Shown piece by piece: positions 51,458-61,102 of a DNA stretch of 64,000 nt (position 1 is its first letter; each line of letters opens with the position of its first letter). Source of the DNA: Promethearchaeota archaeon (GTDB taxonomy: Archaea; Asgardarchaeota; Lokiarchaeia; Sigyniarchaeales; SOKP01). The stretch covers positions 539,912-603,911 of the forward strand of contig JAEOUA010000006.1 in NCBI GenBank assembly GCA_016839555.1. Reading direction: 5' to 3'. Made by a program: the position numbers and the translations under genes. Below the pieces are notes generated by a model, which was not told the origin of the DNA, did not search any database, and saw nothing but the letters and a program-made list of their open reading frames with translations.

Positions 51458-51829
51458 CTACCATGGATCCCAATCTTTTGGATCTAATTTTTCCTTTTGA
51501 GAATTTTCATAATTCTTTTCAGTACTTTTAGAATCTATCTTAGAAATTTCTAGTTGTTTCTTTTCATTATTTAAATCAATGCTTAATTGATCTTTACTCA
51601 AAAAAGATGGCTCTCCAATTACAACATCCTTAAAAGCAGAAATAAGAGAAAGGAAATTAAAAAATTCTTCATTATTCATCTCAACTTCAACCTTTTTACC
51701 TTTATTTATAACTGCCAACTTAATAGATCTAACCTCTCCACTTATTTCTACTGAGGTCAATTCTATCTGATTTTCATCTTCTTTTAATTGGATCTTCCAT
51801 GAAGTTTCTCTTTTTTTTTCAATTTCCAT
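51458..51829 (-). CDS. hypothetical protein
   Basis: 123-aa ORF ending LDPKDWDPW. Confidence 0.65.
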   Translation of the reverse strand: MEIEKKRETSWKIQLKEDENQIELTSVEISGEVRSIKLAVINKGKKVEVEMNNEEFFNFLSLISAFKDVVIGEPSFLSKDQLSIDLNNEKKQLEISKIDSKSTEKNYENSQKEKLDPKDWDPW

Positions 51830-52006
51830 ATAAAATCACATCTATAAACTACTAATTTAGAGAAAATGAATAAATTTAAAATTTTATTATTTGTAAAAAT
51901 ACCTCAAATATATTCTAATAATTTGATCTTAAAAGATTATATTATTAATATATAAAAATATAAAAATTAGAATTAAAATTTTCTTTTTTATTTTAGGTAT
52001 TAAAAA

Positions 52007-52315
52007 TTAAATTAATTTCTCAAGAAAAAAGTCCTGAAGCCAATTGGTTAGTTTTTCATCTTTTATTAAATATTCTAATAATAAATTTAAATCTTTTATT
52101 TGAGATTTTTTAATTAAATCTCTCATAATATCTTTAAGGCTTTCATTATCTCTAAGATTTTCCAAAAATGTCATTTGTTTATTTATTAAAGCTCTGATCT
52201 TAGGATCTTTTAACTTTTTTTCAAATTTTTTAAAAATAAGAGAAATATCCTCATTATTTAAATCTATTTCATCAAAAAATTTAATAGATTTATTTAAATT
52301 TTCCTTATCAATCAT
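52007..52315 (-). CDS. hypothetical protein
   Basis: 102-aa helical ORF in line with the cdc6 gene run. Confidence 0.55.
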   Translation of the reverse strand: MIDKENLNKSIKFFDEIDLNNEDISLIFKKFEKKLKDPKIRALINKQMTFLENLRDNESLKDIMRDLIKKSQIKDLNLLLEYLIKDEKLTNWLQDFFLEKLI

Positions 52316-52359
52316 TTTTTTTATTAATCGATTTTTAATATTATTTTAGAATAAAATAT

Positions 52360-53007
52360 TTAAAATCCCATAAAAAAAAATATAATAAAATAGCATATTG
52401 AAATTATAATTATTACCGGAGGTTTATAATACCCTAAGAACTGAAGTGTTTTTTTATTGAAATTAAAAAAGACATAATTTACCTCAAGCTTATTTTTATT
52501 TATTTTATTAAGTTCTGAATAATCAATTAAGCTTAAAAAAGTTTTAATGAATAATATTTTTAAATGAGATATATTTGAAATATCTTCTATTACGAAATTT
52601 AATATAATTTTATTCTCTAAAAACAGATTTTTAAATAAATGATATAAATTATAGATAGAAAAAATACAAAAAAATATTAAAAAAAAAAAGGGAATCATAT
52701 TTGGGTTAAAATTTCTGGCAGGAATAAGTAGAAATATAAAAATTATTATTTTTCCGTCAGCGCCTCCAATAATTTTTAATAAAAAAAGAAGGAAAGACAA
52801 AAGAAATAAAATTGTGAAAATTAGAAATTTTATAGTAAAAAATCTTAAAAGATCATGAAAAAAAAATAAATATTCTACAAAATTAATTATAATAACAATA
52901 AAGAAACCAAATTTAAATACATATAAAGGAATTATTCTATATTTTATATCTAAATAAGAGCAATAAATTAAAATTATAGAATTTAAGCATAGATAAATTA
53001 AATACAT
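52360..53007 (-). CDS. A24 family prepilin/prearchaellin peptidase (PibD/ArlK-like)
   Basis: SYLDIKYRIIP (first Asp) and GGADGK (second Asp); multiple TM helices. Confidence 0.85.
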   Translation of the reverse strand: MYLIYLCLNSIILIYCSYLDIKYRIIPLYVFKFGFFIVIIINFVEYLFFFHDLLRFFTIKFLIFTILFLLSFLLFLLKIIGGADGKIIIFIFLLIPARNFNPNMIPFFFLIFFCIFSIYNLYHLFKNLFLENKIILNFVIEDISNISHLKILFIKTFLSLIDYSELNKINKNKLEVNYVFFNFNKKTLQFLGYYKPPVIIIISICYFIIFFFMGF

Positions 53008-53010
53008 TTA

Positions 53011-53295
53011 TTAATAATTCTCCCAAATCTTTATAAAATGTTTAAAACTTTTTGCCTTTAGATTTTCTTTTTTATATCTAAATATTTTGATTCTTCCAAA
53101 ATTTTTTTGTTGGACTAAGTTTACTTGCTTTAGGTATTTAAGATGTTTAATCACATTTTTATGATTTAAATGGGCTTTCTTTATAATTGAAGAAATATTT
53201 AATTCATTACTATTAGCTAAAATCTTTAATATCTTTACCCTTGCCCGGGATCCTAATAAGTCTTCAATTAGAGGTTTATTGTCTTTTTCTTTCAT
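53011..53295 (-). CDS. ArsR-like winged-helix protein
   Basis: LGSRARVKIL..L...ELNIS.I...HL..L...LV.....GRI; coupled to cdc6. Confidence 0.8.
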   Translation of the reverse strand: MKEKDNKPLIEDLLGSRARVKILKILANSNELNISSIIKKAHLNHKNVIKHLKYLKQVNLVQQKNFGRIKIFRYKKENLKAKSFKHFIKIWENY

Positions 53296-54506
53296 AATTT
53301 AATTCCTTTATTCTGAAGTATTTTATAAATTAACCTTTCTAATTCTTCTAAAGGAATATCCAAGACTTTAATTAATGATTTCCTGCCTCTAATATTTTTA
53401 CTTTGAATATTTACTGAAATGATCCCGTCTTTTTTAAAATCATTTAAATAATTCCATAATTGTGAATAAGACTTTTTTTTTTTCTGAAGACTCTCACAAA
53501 TTATTTCATACTGTTCTAATATTTTGGAGAATGAAATAGATGGCTTTATAGAATTTTTAAGACTAAGGGTTATAGCTAGTAGAAATAGGATCTTATTATA
53601 ACTTAAATATTTTAAAAAGTCTTGTATGGAGTAGGGTACTAAAGTTTCGTTTGCAAGTCTTAAAGATTCACTTGATATATAATTCAGGTCCTTACTTTCT
53701 GCTATTTTACATGCTTTCCATAAAATGTTTAGACCATATCTTATGTCACCTCTATTGAGTACTATTTCAGATAGCATTTTAATCAAATCGTTAGAAATGA
53801 CATTTTTTTTTAAACTCAGTTGTATTCGATAACTCAATATGTCATAGATTTCTTTTAGTGTGTATTTATTAAATTTAATAATATTTCTTTGTAGGGTACT
53901 TAGAGTGCTAGAATCTAAATTGTGCAAACAGGAAATATCTCGAACAATTCCTATTAAAGAAATTTGCTGAGGTTGATTAAATGAATCATCATACAATCGA
54001 GTTAATGAGTATATTATGTCTTTATCATTATCAATTAAATAATTCAATTCATCTAATATTAATAAGATATGTAAATTTTTATTTCTAACAGTCTCTAAAA
54101 TTATTTCTAACAGATCTTGAGGAGAATACCCTCTTTTAGGAAAATTTTTATGTAAATATTGCACTATTTTTATTAAGATTTTATATGATGTTCTTTCTTT
54201 TCTGCAATTTATATGAATATAAGCGATATTAATATCTCTTTTGTTTGCAACTTCTGTTAACATTTTTCCAAAAATTTTGACTGTGGCTGTTTTTCCAATA
54301 CCCGTTCCACCAGTTATTAATATTTTTCTTGATATTGAATTCGGATTTGTTATTAAAGAAATAAATAATTGAGATAATAAGGAAAGTTCTTTTTCTCTAT
54401 GTGGAAGCTTTTCGGGAACGTAATCTATACTTAGAGTTTCTTCTGATTTAAATAATGTGGGTTTTCTTAATAAATCCTCAATATAATTTTTTGAAATAGA
54501 ACTCAT
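53292..54506 (-). CDS. cdc6: Orc1/Cdc6 replication initiator
   Basis: L..DYVP..LPHRE, GGTGIGKT, HINC, ILDE, F..Y....I..IL..R, GDIR, C-terminal winged helix. Confidence 0.93.
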   Translation of the reverse strand: MSSISKNYIEDLLRKPTLFKSEETLSIDYVPEKLPHREKELSLLSQLFISLITNPNSISRKILITGGTGIGKTATVKIFGKMLTEVANKRDINIAYIHINCRKERTSYKILIKIVQYLHKNFPKRGYSPQDLLEIILETVRNKNLHILLILDELNYLIDNDKDIIYSLTRLYDDSFNQPQQISLIGIVRDISCLHNLDSSTLSTLQRNIIKFNKYTLKEIYDILSYRIQLSLKKNVISNDLIKMLSEIVLNRGDIRYGLNILWKACKIAESKDLNYISSESLRLANETLVPYSIQDFLKYLSYNKILFLLAITLSLKNSIKPSISFSKILEQYEIICESLQKKKKSYSQLWNYLNDFKKDGIISVNIQSKNIRGRKSLIKVLDIPLEELERLIYKILQNKGIKL

Positions 54507-54691
54507 CTCAATTTATTTAATATTAAAAGAATAGAATTATTTTTTATAAGAAATATGAGTGTAATAGTTTTTTAATTTTGAATTAAATTAGCTATTAAAA
54601 ATGTTTTATTTCTTAAAATTTGCTAATTTTAAAATTCTGTCGGTATCTAAAAGTATTGTTAATGAATTTAATTTGGAAAATTAAGAAAGAT

Positions 54692-56068
54692 TCAATATTC
54701 TATTGTCATATCTTCTAATATTTTTCTTTTTTTAGTTAGTAATAATATCACTATAATTGAGGTGAAAGGTAAAACGGAAATTAATAATATAATAATGCTG
54801 TAATTAGTTGTTTTAATTTCTTTTGAAATTTTGTTAAAATTAAACATAAATGGTAATAAATTATTCTTTTTGTAAATGATAAAACTAGTATTTAGATAGC
54901 TCTCTGTTATCTCAAAAGTTATAATTGAAGAATTGAAATAATAATCGATATAAATATAATAGGAGTCATATAAATTATTATTACTAATATTTAATTTCGA
55001 AATCTTTAAATTAAAATTTTTCTCGCATATATTTCTATCATAAAATTTGGAGGAATTCCAAATTAAATTATTTAAAGAGTTAAATATTTTAATTTGCACA
55101 AAGCAATTTTCATATACTGGATTATATAATAATTCCCAAGAGGCTACTATTTCGATATTTTCGTCAGGATAAAAAAATTCTTTATTCAAATCCAATTTAA
55201 TAGCATTAAATAGTCCTTTTTTAATAATTTCTATTGTTGTGTTACAAAAATATCCTTGCTTTTCAATTGAACTTATTAATGATTTATAATAATAATATAT
55301 TGTAATTTTTAAGGATAAAGAACTATTAAAATCATAATTAATAAAGGATTGAACTGGAATAGTTAAATTTTTTTCAATATTAACCCCCTCTTGATAAAAT
55401 TTGGAAGAATTCCATAAAAGTTCATTAGTAGTATTAAATAACCTAAATTCGATGTAGCTAGTTTCATATTCCAAATCATATAATAACCCATAAGTCATAT
55501 TAATCTCGAGAAACTCATCCGGATAAAATATATTTCTATTAAAATTCAGTTCTGCTATGGAAAAATTACCTTCTCTAAGTATTTTGATTGTTTTATTATT
55601 ATAATGCCCTTCTATAGGGGGGTCACTACAGAAATAGAATAAACATACTGTTAAGTAAATAGATTGTCCCTCGATTATTAAATCCAAATCGTTCTCTATA
55701 GAAAGTGTAAAATTTTTCTCAATATCATCTCCATTTTCATAAAATCTTGATGAATTCCATAAGATATCATAGCTATAGTTAAGAATCTGAATCTGAAAAA
55801 AGGATTCCTCGTTTGGAGGGTCGTCTGGAATTTGTTCTTTATCCCATGAAGCATTAATCTTAATACTCTCATCTAAATAATAAACTTCTCTGTCAGTATT
55901 AAGATAATTTATCTTAAAAAAAGTATAAGCGGTTTCAATCGGCTCGCTACGATTAAACAATTGAGAATAAGAATATAAATCTTCTCTTATAGTAATAAAA
56001 CAAAATGTAGTAGTTAATATAATGAAAAAAGCGACAGAAAAACTAATAATATGAGGTTTTTTCTTCAT
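54692..56068 (-). CDS. membrane-anchored surface protein with three internal repeats of about 120 aa
   Basis: N-terminal signal/TM, repeats Y.DE.I.I..SW ... LWNSS.FY x3, C-terminal TM followed by KKRK. Confidence 0.75.
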   Translation of the reverse strand: MKKKPHIISFSVAFFIILTTTFCFITIREDLYSYSQLFNRSEPIETAYTFFKINYLNTDREVYYLDESIKINASWDKEQIPDDPPNEESFFQIQILNYSYDILWNSSRFYENGDDIEKNFTLSIENDLDLIIEGQSIYLTVCLFYFCSDPPIEGHYNNKTIKILREGNFSIAELNFNRNIFYPDEFLEINMTYGLLYDLEYETSYIEFRLFNTTNELLWNSSKFYQEGVNIEKNLTIPVQSFINYDFNSSLSLKITIYYYYKSLISSIEKQGYFCNTTIEIIKKGLFNAIKLDLNKEFFYPDENIEIVASWELLYNPVYENCFVQIKIFNSLNNLIWNSSKFYDRNICEKNFNLKISKLNISNNNLYDSYYIYIDYYFNSSIITFEITESYLNTSFIIYKKNNLLPFMFNFNKISKEIKTTNYSIIILLISVLPFTSIIVILLLTKKRKILEDMTIEY

Positions 56069-56435
56069 TTATATATAGATTAAAAAAAAATATATTAAAA
56101 CTCATACAAAATTCTCTGGATTTATCCTCTTTAATTGAAGTTAATTGAATATTTTAAAATTTTATAAAAATATTCTGTCAATTATATGCTAGTGTTATTA
56201 ATTTCAAAAAAAACTAATTAAGATATAATAATTAATAAATTTATAATCTTATCTATATTTTTTCAAAACCATAAATTGGTTTCTGATTCAATAAATTAAA
56301 CCCCGTATGAAAAGCGTTTCAAAAATAGGATTTTTTATTTGATATTAATAATGAAAAAGCATTTATTTTATATATGATTAATTAAGAAAAGAAGTGTATT
56401 TTAAGAAATAATTAGAAATGTTTGATTGAATTTAA

Positions 56436-56633
56436 ATGGGAAAAGTTAGAACTATTTTAATAAAAAACATCTCAAAAGAATTAATAGATAAATATCCAGA
56501 TGTATTCACAAAGGATTTTGAAAAAAATAAAAAATTATTAAACAAATATCTTGATATTAATTCTAAACATTTAAGGAATAGAATCTCTGGATATATTATA
56601 AGTCTCTTAAAAAATAAAGAAAGAGAAGAATAG
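56436..56633 (+). CDS. rps17e: 30S ribosomal protein S17e
   Basis: MGKVR...IK....L...Y...F..DFE.NK, SKHLRNRISGY. Confidence 0.96.
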   Translation: MGKVRTILIKNISKELIDKYPDVFTKDFEKNKKLLNKYLDINSKHLRNRISGYIISLLKNKEREE

Positions 56634-56672
56634 ATTTAAAATAATTTATCATTATAACAGATTTTTAAAAAT

Positions 56673-57068
56673 ATGGATAAAATTAATATTGAAAAAATGG
56701 CTGAATTATTAAGATCTGGAAATACAATGCTTAACAAATCTTGTCCTGAATGTAATAGTCCTATTTTTAAAAATAGAAAAGGAGAACTATTTTGTCCATC
56801 TTGTAATAGAAAAATCTTAATTATTAATAAAACAACTCAACAAGAAATTAAAAAGATACAAAAAAATCAAATAAAGAAAAAAACCCAAATATTAAATAAT
56901 GATAAAGACGATTTGATAAATCAAACTATCAATAGTTTAAAAGAGAAATTAATTTGGATTTTAAAAATAATGAAAAAAGAAGAACAAGCTGAACAAATAA
57001 AAAAATATATCAAACTTTTAAAAGAGATATATGAATTAATATTTTTACTATCAGATAAAAAACTTTAA
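56673..57068 (+). CDS. UPF0148 / autoantigen p27 (SSSCA1-like) Zn-ribbon protein
   Basis: MAELLRSG.TML..SCPEC..P.F....G..FCPSC. Confidence 0.85.
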   Translation: MDKINIEKMAELLRSGNTMLNKSCPECNSPIFKNRKGELFCPSCNRKILIINKTTQQEIKKIQKNQIKKKTQILNNDKDDLINQTINSLKEKLIWILKIMKKEEQAEQIKKYIKLLKEIYELIFLLSDKKL

Positions 57069-57116
57069 AAAAATTTTTTTCAAATTTTTCTTTTTTATAA
57101 TTTTAGAGTAATATAA

Positions 57117-57219
57117 TGCTTCTGCCGGGATTTGAACCCGGGTCACGAGGGTGAGAGCCTCATATGCTTAATCCAAAAAAATGACTATTTTTTGATTGAC
57201 CGAACTACACTACAGAAGC
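57117..57219 (-). tRNA. tRNA-Glu(CTC) with 28-nt non-canonical D-loop intron (57168-57195)
   Basis: GCTTCTG/CAGAAGC acceptor stem, TGAGG-CTCTCAC-CCTCG anticodon arm, CCGGG-TTCAAAT-CCCGG T arm; removing the insert gives a 75-nt tRNA. Confidence 0.9.
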
Positions 57220-57304
57220 ATAAAAAAAGGGTCTATTTATAAATAAAATTAAATAAGTTAAAAAATTTAACTTTGTAATCTTCTAATAATATCTTTTTAA
57301 ATCT

Positions 57305-58327
57305 TTAATTCAACTTTGTCTTAAAAAGAGGTTTTAATAAATTAACATAATGGTCTCTTATCGAATATTCTGCTATCCCTGTTGCATCAGAGACTAATTT
57401 TTGAGTTAAAATTGATTTTAAATCATTTTCATTTGCTAGTAATTTATCAGCTAAATATATGACTGCTCCTGTCAGAATAAAGGGATTTCTCCCCCCTCGC
57501 TCCCATATTGATAAACTTTCTAAGATTTCTTGACATTTTCTTGTTAATTTAATTTGAAATTCATTTATTGACCATGGAGAACCTTTATCAATCAAACGCT
57601 TTTGTAAACTCTTATGGTTAATAACTTGGTATACTAATCGAATTAAATAGTTCTCACTTTTATGTGGTTTTGTTTTGACTTCCAATAGTTTTTTATATTT
57701 TAAACCATCTCTTAAGATTAATCGGGGGTTAACTCTATGACCGAATTTTTGAAAGGCGGAAGAAATTTCATTAATGGTTATCGGAGATTTGAAATTTTCT
57801 TCTCTCCCAGCGATAAAAATGCAAAATGCTATTAATGAAATATTATTGATAATCTCTTTTTCTTTTTTCTTAATTTTTTTGTAATAAAATGCTGCATTGT
57901 TTCTTATATTTATATTCAAATTAAGATAAATAGATACTTTTTTTAGAATTTTAAATATACGATATTCTGTCTCATGATTTTTAATTCTTAAAAATTTTGA
58001 GTAATTCTTTTTTAATCTTCTATATAATTTTTGTTCATTGGGAGATAAGAGATTACCTTTTTTATCTTTTAAATATTTTGAATTTTCATAACCAATATAG
58101 GTTCCTAGACCCCCAACAAAATCGGTTCTGTTCCCTAAAGCAACGTATTGTTTATTGGAACTACTCATACAGTTATCTTCTCCAAAACTATAAGAAGAAT
58201 CTTCAAAAATTTTGTTAATAACTAATCCACAATTTTTACATACCCTTTCATAGGTATTACAAATAATATTACCACCACATTCAGGACAAAAATCTTCATA
58301 ATATTCATATAATTTTTCAATTTTCAT
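57305..58327 (-). CDS. divergent TFIIB/TFB paralog
   Basis: CPECGG...VCKNCGLVI Zn ribbon, cyclin-like repeats, GRNP..L.GA..Y, TQK.VS.ATG..E.SIR..Y. Confidence 0.8.
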   Translation of the reverse strand: MKIEKLYEYYEDFCPECGGNIICNTYERVCKNCGLVINKIFEDSSYSFGEDNCMSSSNKQYVALGNRTDFVGGLGTYIGYENSKYLKDKKGNLLSPNEQKLYRRLKKNYSKFLRIKNHETEYRIFKILKKVSIYLNLNINIRNNAAFYYKKIKKKEKEIINNISLIAFCIFIAGREENFKSPITINEISSAFQKFGHRVNPRLILRDGLKYKKLLEVKTKPHKSENYLIRLVYQVINHKSLQKRLIDKGSPWSINEFQIKLTRKCQEILESLSIWERGGRNPFILTGAVIYLADKLLANENDLKSILTQKLVSDATGIAEYSIRDHYVNLLKPLFKTKLN

Positions 58328-58907
58328 AATATCATCTCTTAAATTTGAATCTTATTCAAAAAAAGTCTTGATAATTTTAATTGAATTTTCTAGAAATACG
58401 GTATTATTCAATGCAATCTTTTTTTAATTAAACAAAACTATATTATTTGGTCAGAGAAGGAGGTCATTAAAAGTAAATCTATAAAGAAAATTTTATCAAT
58501 GCCTCTAAATTTAGAAGAATTATTGTAAATTTAAAAAAAAATAATGAAAAGATAATAAAAAAGGGGAATTAAAATATTTATGTTAAAGTATGGATATATA
58601 ATACTAAATAATGTTTAGACTAAAACCCTAATTCAAATTATAAAAAATAGTTTTAATTTTTAGTAAAAACTTTCTTTTCAAATAAGATTTATATGAAAAT
58701 TATAACTCTTTTAGTAGCTTATATTAATAATATTAGCATTTTAATAAAAAGCAAAATAGCAAAAAATTTCTGAAAATACTTAATTATAATAATATTTAAT
58801 GATTTAGATTTAATAAAAATAAAAATTGATTTAGTATTTCATAAATAATATATATAAAAATAGTATTAAATATAGAAATATTTATTATCACGAAGGTAGG
58901 TTTCTAA

Positions 58908-59597
58908 ATGGTTCGATTTACAACAGATCAAAAGGTATACATTAAACTTTTATATTGGGGGATGGGGGGTTCAGGAAAAACTACCATTGTTGACACATTA
59001 TATAGACTTACCAATGAGAATGAAAAAGATATTAAACCAACTGGGGAATTAACTAAAATCTCAATGGAAAGTGGATCCACATTATATTTCGACAGAGGAA
59101 TTTTCCAATCCACTAAACAAAGAAAAGTTTTTTATCATGTTTATACCGTAGCAGGTCAAAGTAGGTTTTCCCCTTTACGAAAAAAAATTTTCAAAGGAAC
59201 AGATGGGGTAATATTTACTATTGATTCTCAAACACATTTTTTTGAGGATAATATTGAATCTTTAAAAGAATTAAAAAATGTGACAAGAGGTAAATTAATT
59301 AAGGAAATCCCTCTTATAGTTATGCTAAATAAACAAGATCTCACAGAAGTAATAGGAGAAGAAGATATTAAACAAGTATTAAAAGATGAAAAACTTTGGT
59401 ATGAGCCAGATAATGAATATTATATTTGGAATCCTCTCCTCTATAAAACTTGTGCTCTCTGGGATAAAAAAAGAAATATCTATAGAAGTTTTAATGAATG
59501 TGCCAGGAGAACAGTACTTTATCAAATTTATGGTGATGGAAGTGCGCCTATTGGTGTCGATTATAGTCAATTCTCAGAAGATCTTCAAAAAATTTAA
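58908..59597 (+). CDS. small GTPase (MglA/Arf-like)
   Basis: GMGGSGKTT, TLYFD, TVAGQ, DGVIF..DS, NKQD, TCA. Confidence 0.88.
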   Translation: MVRFTTDQKVYIKLLYWGMGGSGKTTIVDTLYRLTNENEKDIKPTGELTKISMESGSTLYFDRGIFQSTKQRKVFYHVYTVAGQSRFSPLRKKIFKGTDGVIFTIDSQTHFFEDNIESLKELKNVTRGKLIKEIPLIVMLNKQDLTEVIGEEDIKQVLKDEKLWYEPDNEYYIWNPLLYKTCALWDKKRNIYRSFNECARRTVLYQIYGDGSAPIGVDYSQFSEDLQKI

Positions 59598-59879
59598 AAT
59601 TAGCTATTCAAAAAAATAAAAAATCAAAATTTCTCTCTTTTGTAGAATTTAAAAATTTCAAACATAAGACAAATACCATTAATTTTATTTCATTAAATGG
59701 ATTATATTTTAACAAAACATATGGAATTACCACGGTTATAATAATTCAATGAAAGGATTAGACAAGATTGACCTATTTCATATAGGAATGAAAAATTATA
59801 GTTACTTTGAGGATTATAAAAACCTATAATTCTGAAAATAAATAAATTAATTATCATAATTGATATAAAGTGATTTAAA

Positions 59880-60356
59880 ATGGGATTATATAATAGAATT
59901 GAAGAAAAGCTTACTAAACAATTTTCAATATTTCAAATAATGACATTACTAGGTATTGGAGCCTCAGATGTGAGAATTGCGCGAAATCTTCTTAAACAAT
60001 TTCATCAACAAGGATATATTAAAAGAGTTAGTAAAAACATGTATAAAAAAATGGAAAAGGTTAAAGAATCAAAACCCTCTAAAATAAAGGGAAAAATAAA
60101 ACCTGATACTTTAAAAAAGAAAAAGATCCCGAAAACTAAAATAGATAAAAAGCAATTAAATCAGAATCAAATTTCCTTAACAAAATTACATAGATTAGGA
60201 TCCAAAACTGAACAAAAATTCATTGCTCTTGGTATTAGCTCGGTAAATGAGTTAATTAAGGAAAATGCTTCAGATTTAGCCAAATTAATAAACGGGGTTT
60301 CAGAAGATTCTATTAAAGAATGGATTGAAGAAGGAAAAGCTTTACTCAAAAAATAA
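59880..60356 (+). CDS. protein with winged-helix-like N-terminus and C-terminal helix-hairpin-helix (DUF4332-like) domain
   Basis: LTKL..LG.KT..KF..LGI.SV.EL....A..LA..I.GVS....EWI. Confidence 0.65.
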   Translation: MGLYNRIEEKLTKQFSIFQIMTLLGIGASDVRIARNLLKQFHQQGYIKRVSKNMYKKMEKVKESKPSKIKGKIKPDTLKKKKIPKTKIDKKQLNQNQISLTKLHRLGSKTEQKFIALGISSVNELIKENASDLAKLINGVSEDSIKEWIEEGKALLKK

Positions 60357-60517
60357 TTTTTTTATACTTCTTTATTAAAAGTAATCACTTAATTTTTTTT
60401 GAATCATAAGGTTAAATAAGTTAAGTTAAAAAATAAGATTTTATGATCAATTCTAAATTCATCTTTAAAAATAATTAATAATTATAATTTTTCCTTTATC
60501 ATTTAATTATTTGAATT

Positions 60518-61099
60518 TCACACAATAATAGTTATATTTGGAAAAATAGATTTAATTAACATTTTAAATGAATCTAAAACGCCTTCACCCGTAGTAGCAA
60601 TTGTTTTATTAATATGTATTTCTTTAAATCTGTCAAAGTTTATAATTGCATTCAAATCCATTTTATCAATTTTCTCCCCATTATTTAAATCATACTTATT
60701 TAGGGCAATTACAATTGGAATTTGATATAATTCTTCACTAAAATAGTATTTTAATTCTTTCCAAGAACGAAAATTATGATTTAAACAATCCCTTTTTGAA
60801 TCTACAACAAATATTATTCCATCAACACCTTTTAGTGTAGCAGGTCTCGTACTAGCATAAAAATCTTGCCCAGTTGCAGAATAAATAAGAAATTTTAGTT
60901 CCCATTGAGATCCCTTAAATTGTAGTACTCCAAAATCAAAAAATAAAGTTCTACCCACAGTATTTTCAATTGAATTGAGTTGATCTCCTTTATTAAAAAA
61001 GTTAAAGAGAAACTTAATTGATGTCGTCTTACCGGACATAGCAGGGCCATAATAAACAATCTTAACTTGAATTATTTTTGACTCATAATTTAATATCAT
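60518..61099 (-). CDS. MglA-like small GTPase
   Basis: KIVYYGPAMSGKTT, GRTLFFDF, ATGQ, GVDGIIFVVDS, NKYD, TIA..GEGV. Confidence 0.9.
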   Translation of the reverse strand: MILNYESKIIQVKIVYYGPAMSGKTTSIKFLFNFFNKGDQLNSIENTVGRTLFFDFGVLQFKGSQWELKFLIYSATGQDFYASTRPATLKGVDGIIFVVDSKRDCLNHNFRSWKELKYYFSEELYQIPIVIALNKYDLNNGEKIDKMDLNAIINFDRFKEIHINKTIATTGEGVLDSFKMLIKSIFPNITIIV

Positions 61100-61102
61100 T
61101 TT

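Noticed and set aside
56263-56286. Inverted repeat AAACCA-N5-TGGTTT
   Set aside because: Short, single occurrence, and plausible by chance in AT-rich DNA.
59745-59800. ATGA-containing stem as a eukaryote-like SECIS element
   Set aside because: No 3' GA completing the quartet, and no TGA-interrupted selenoprotein candidate was noticed nearby.
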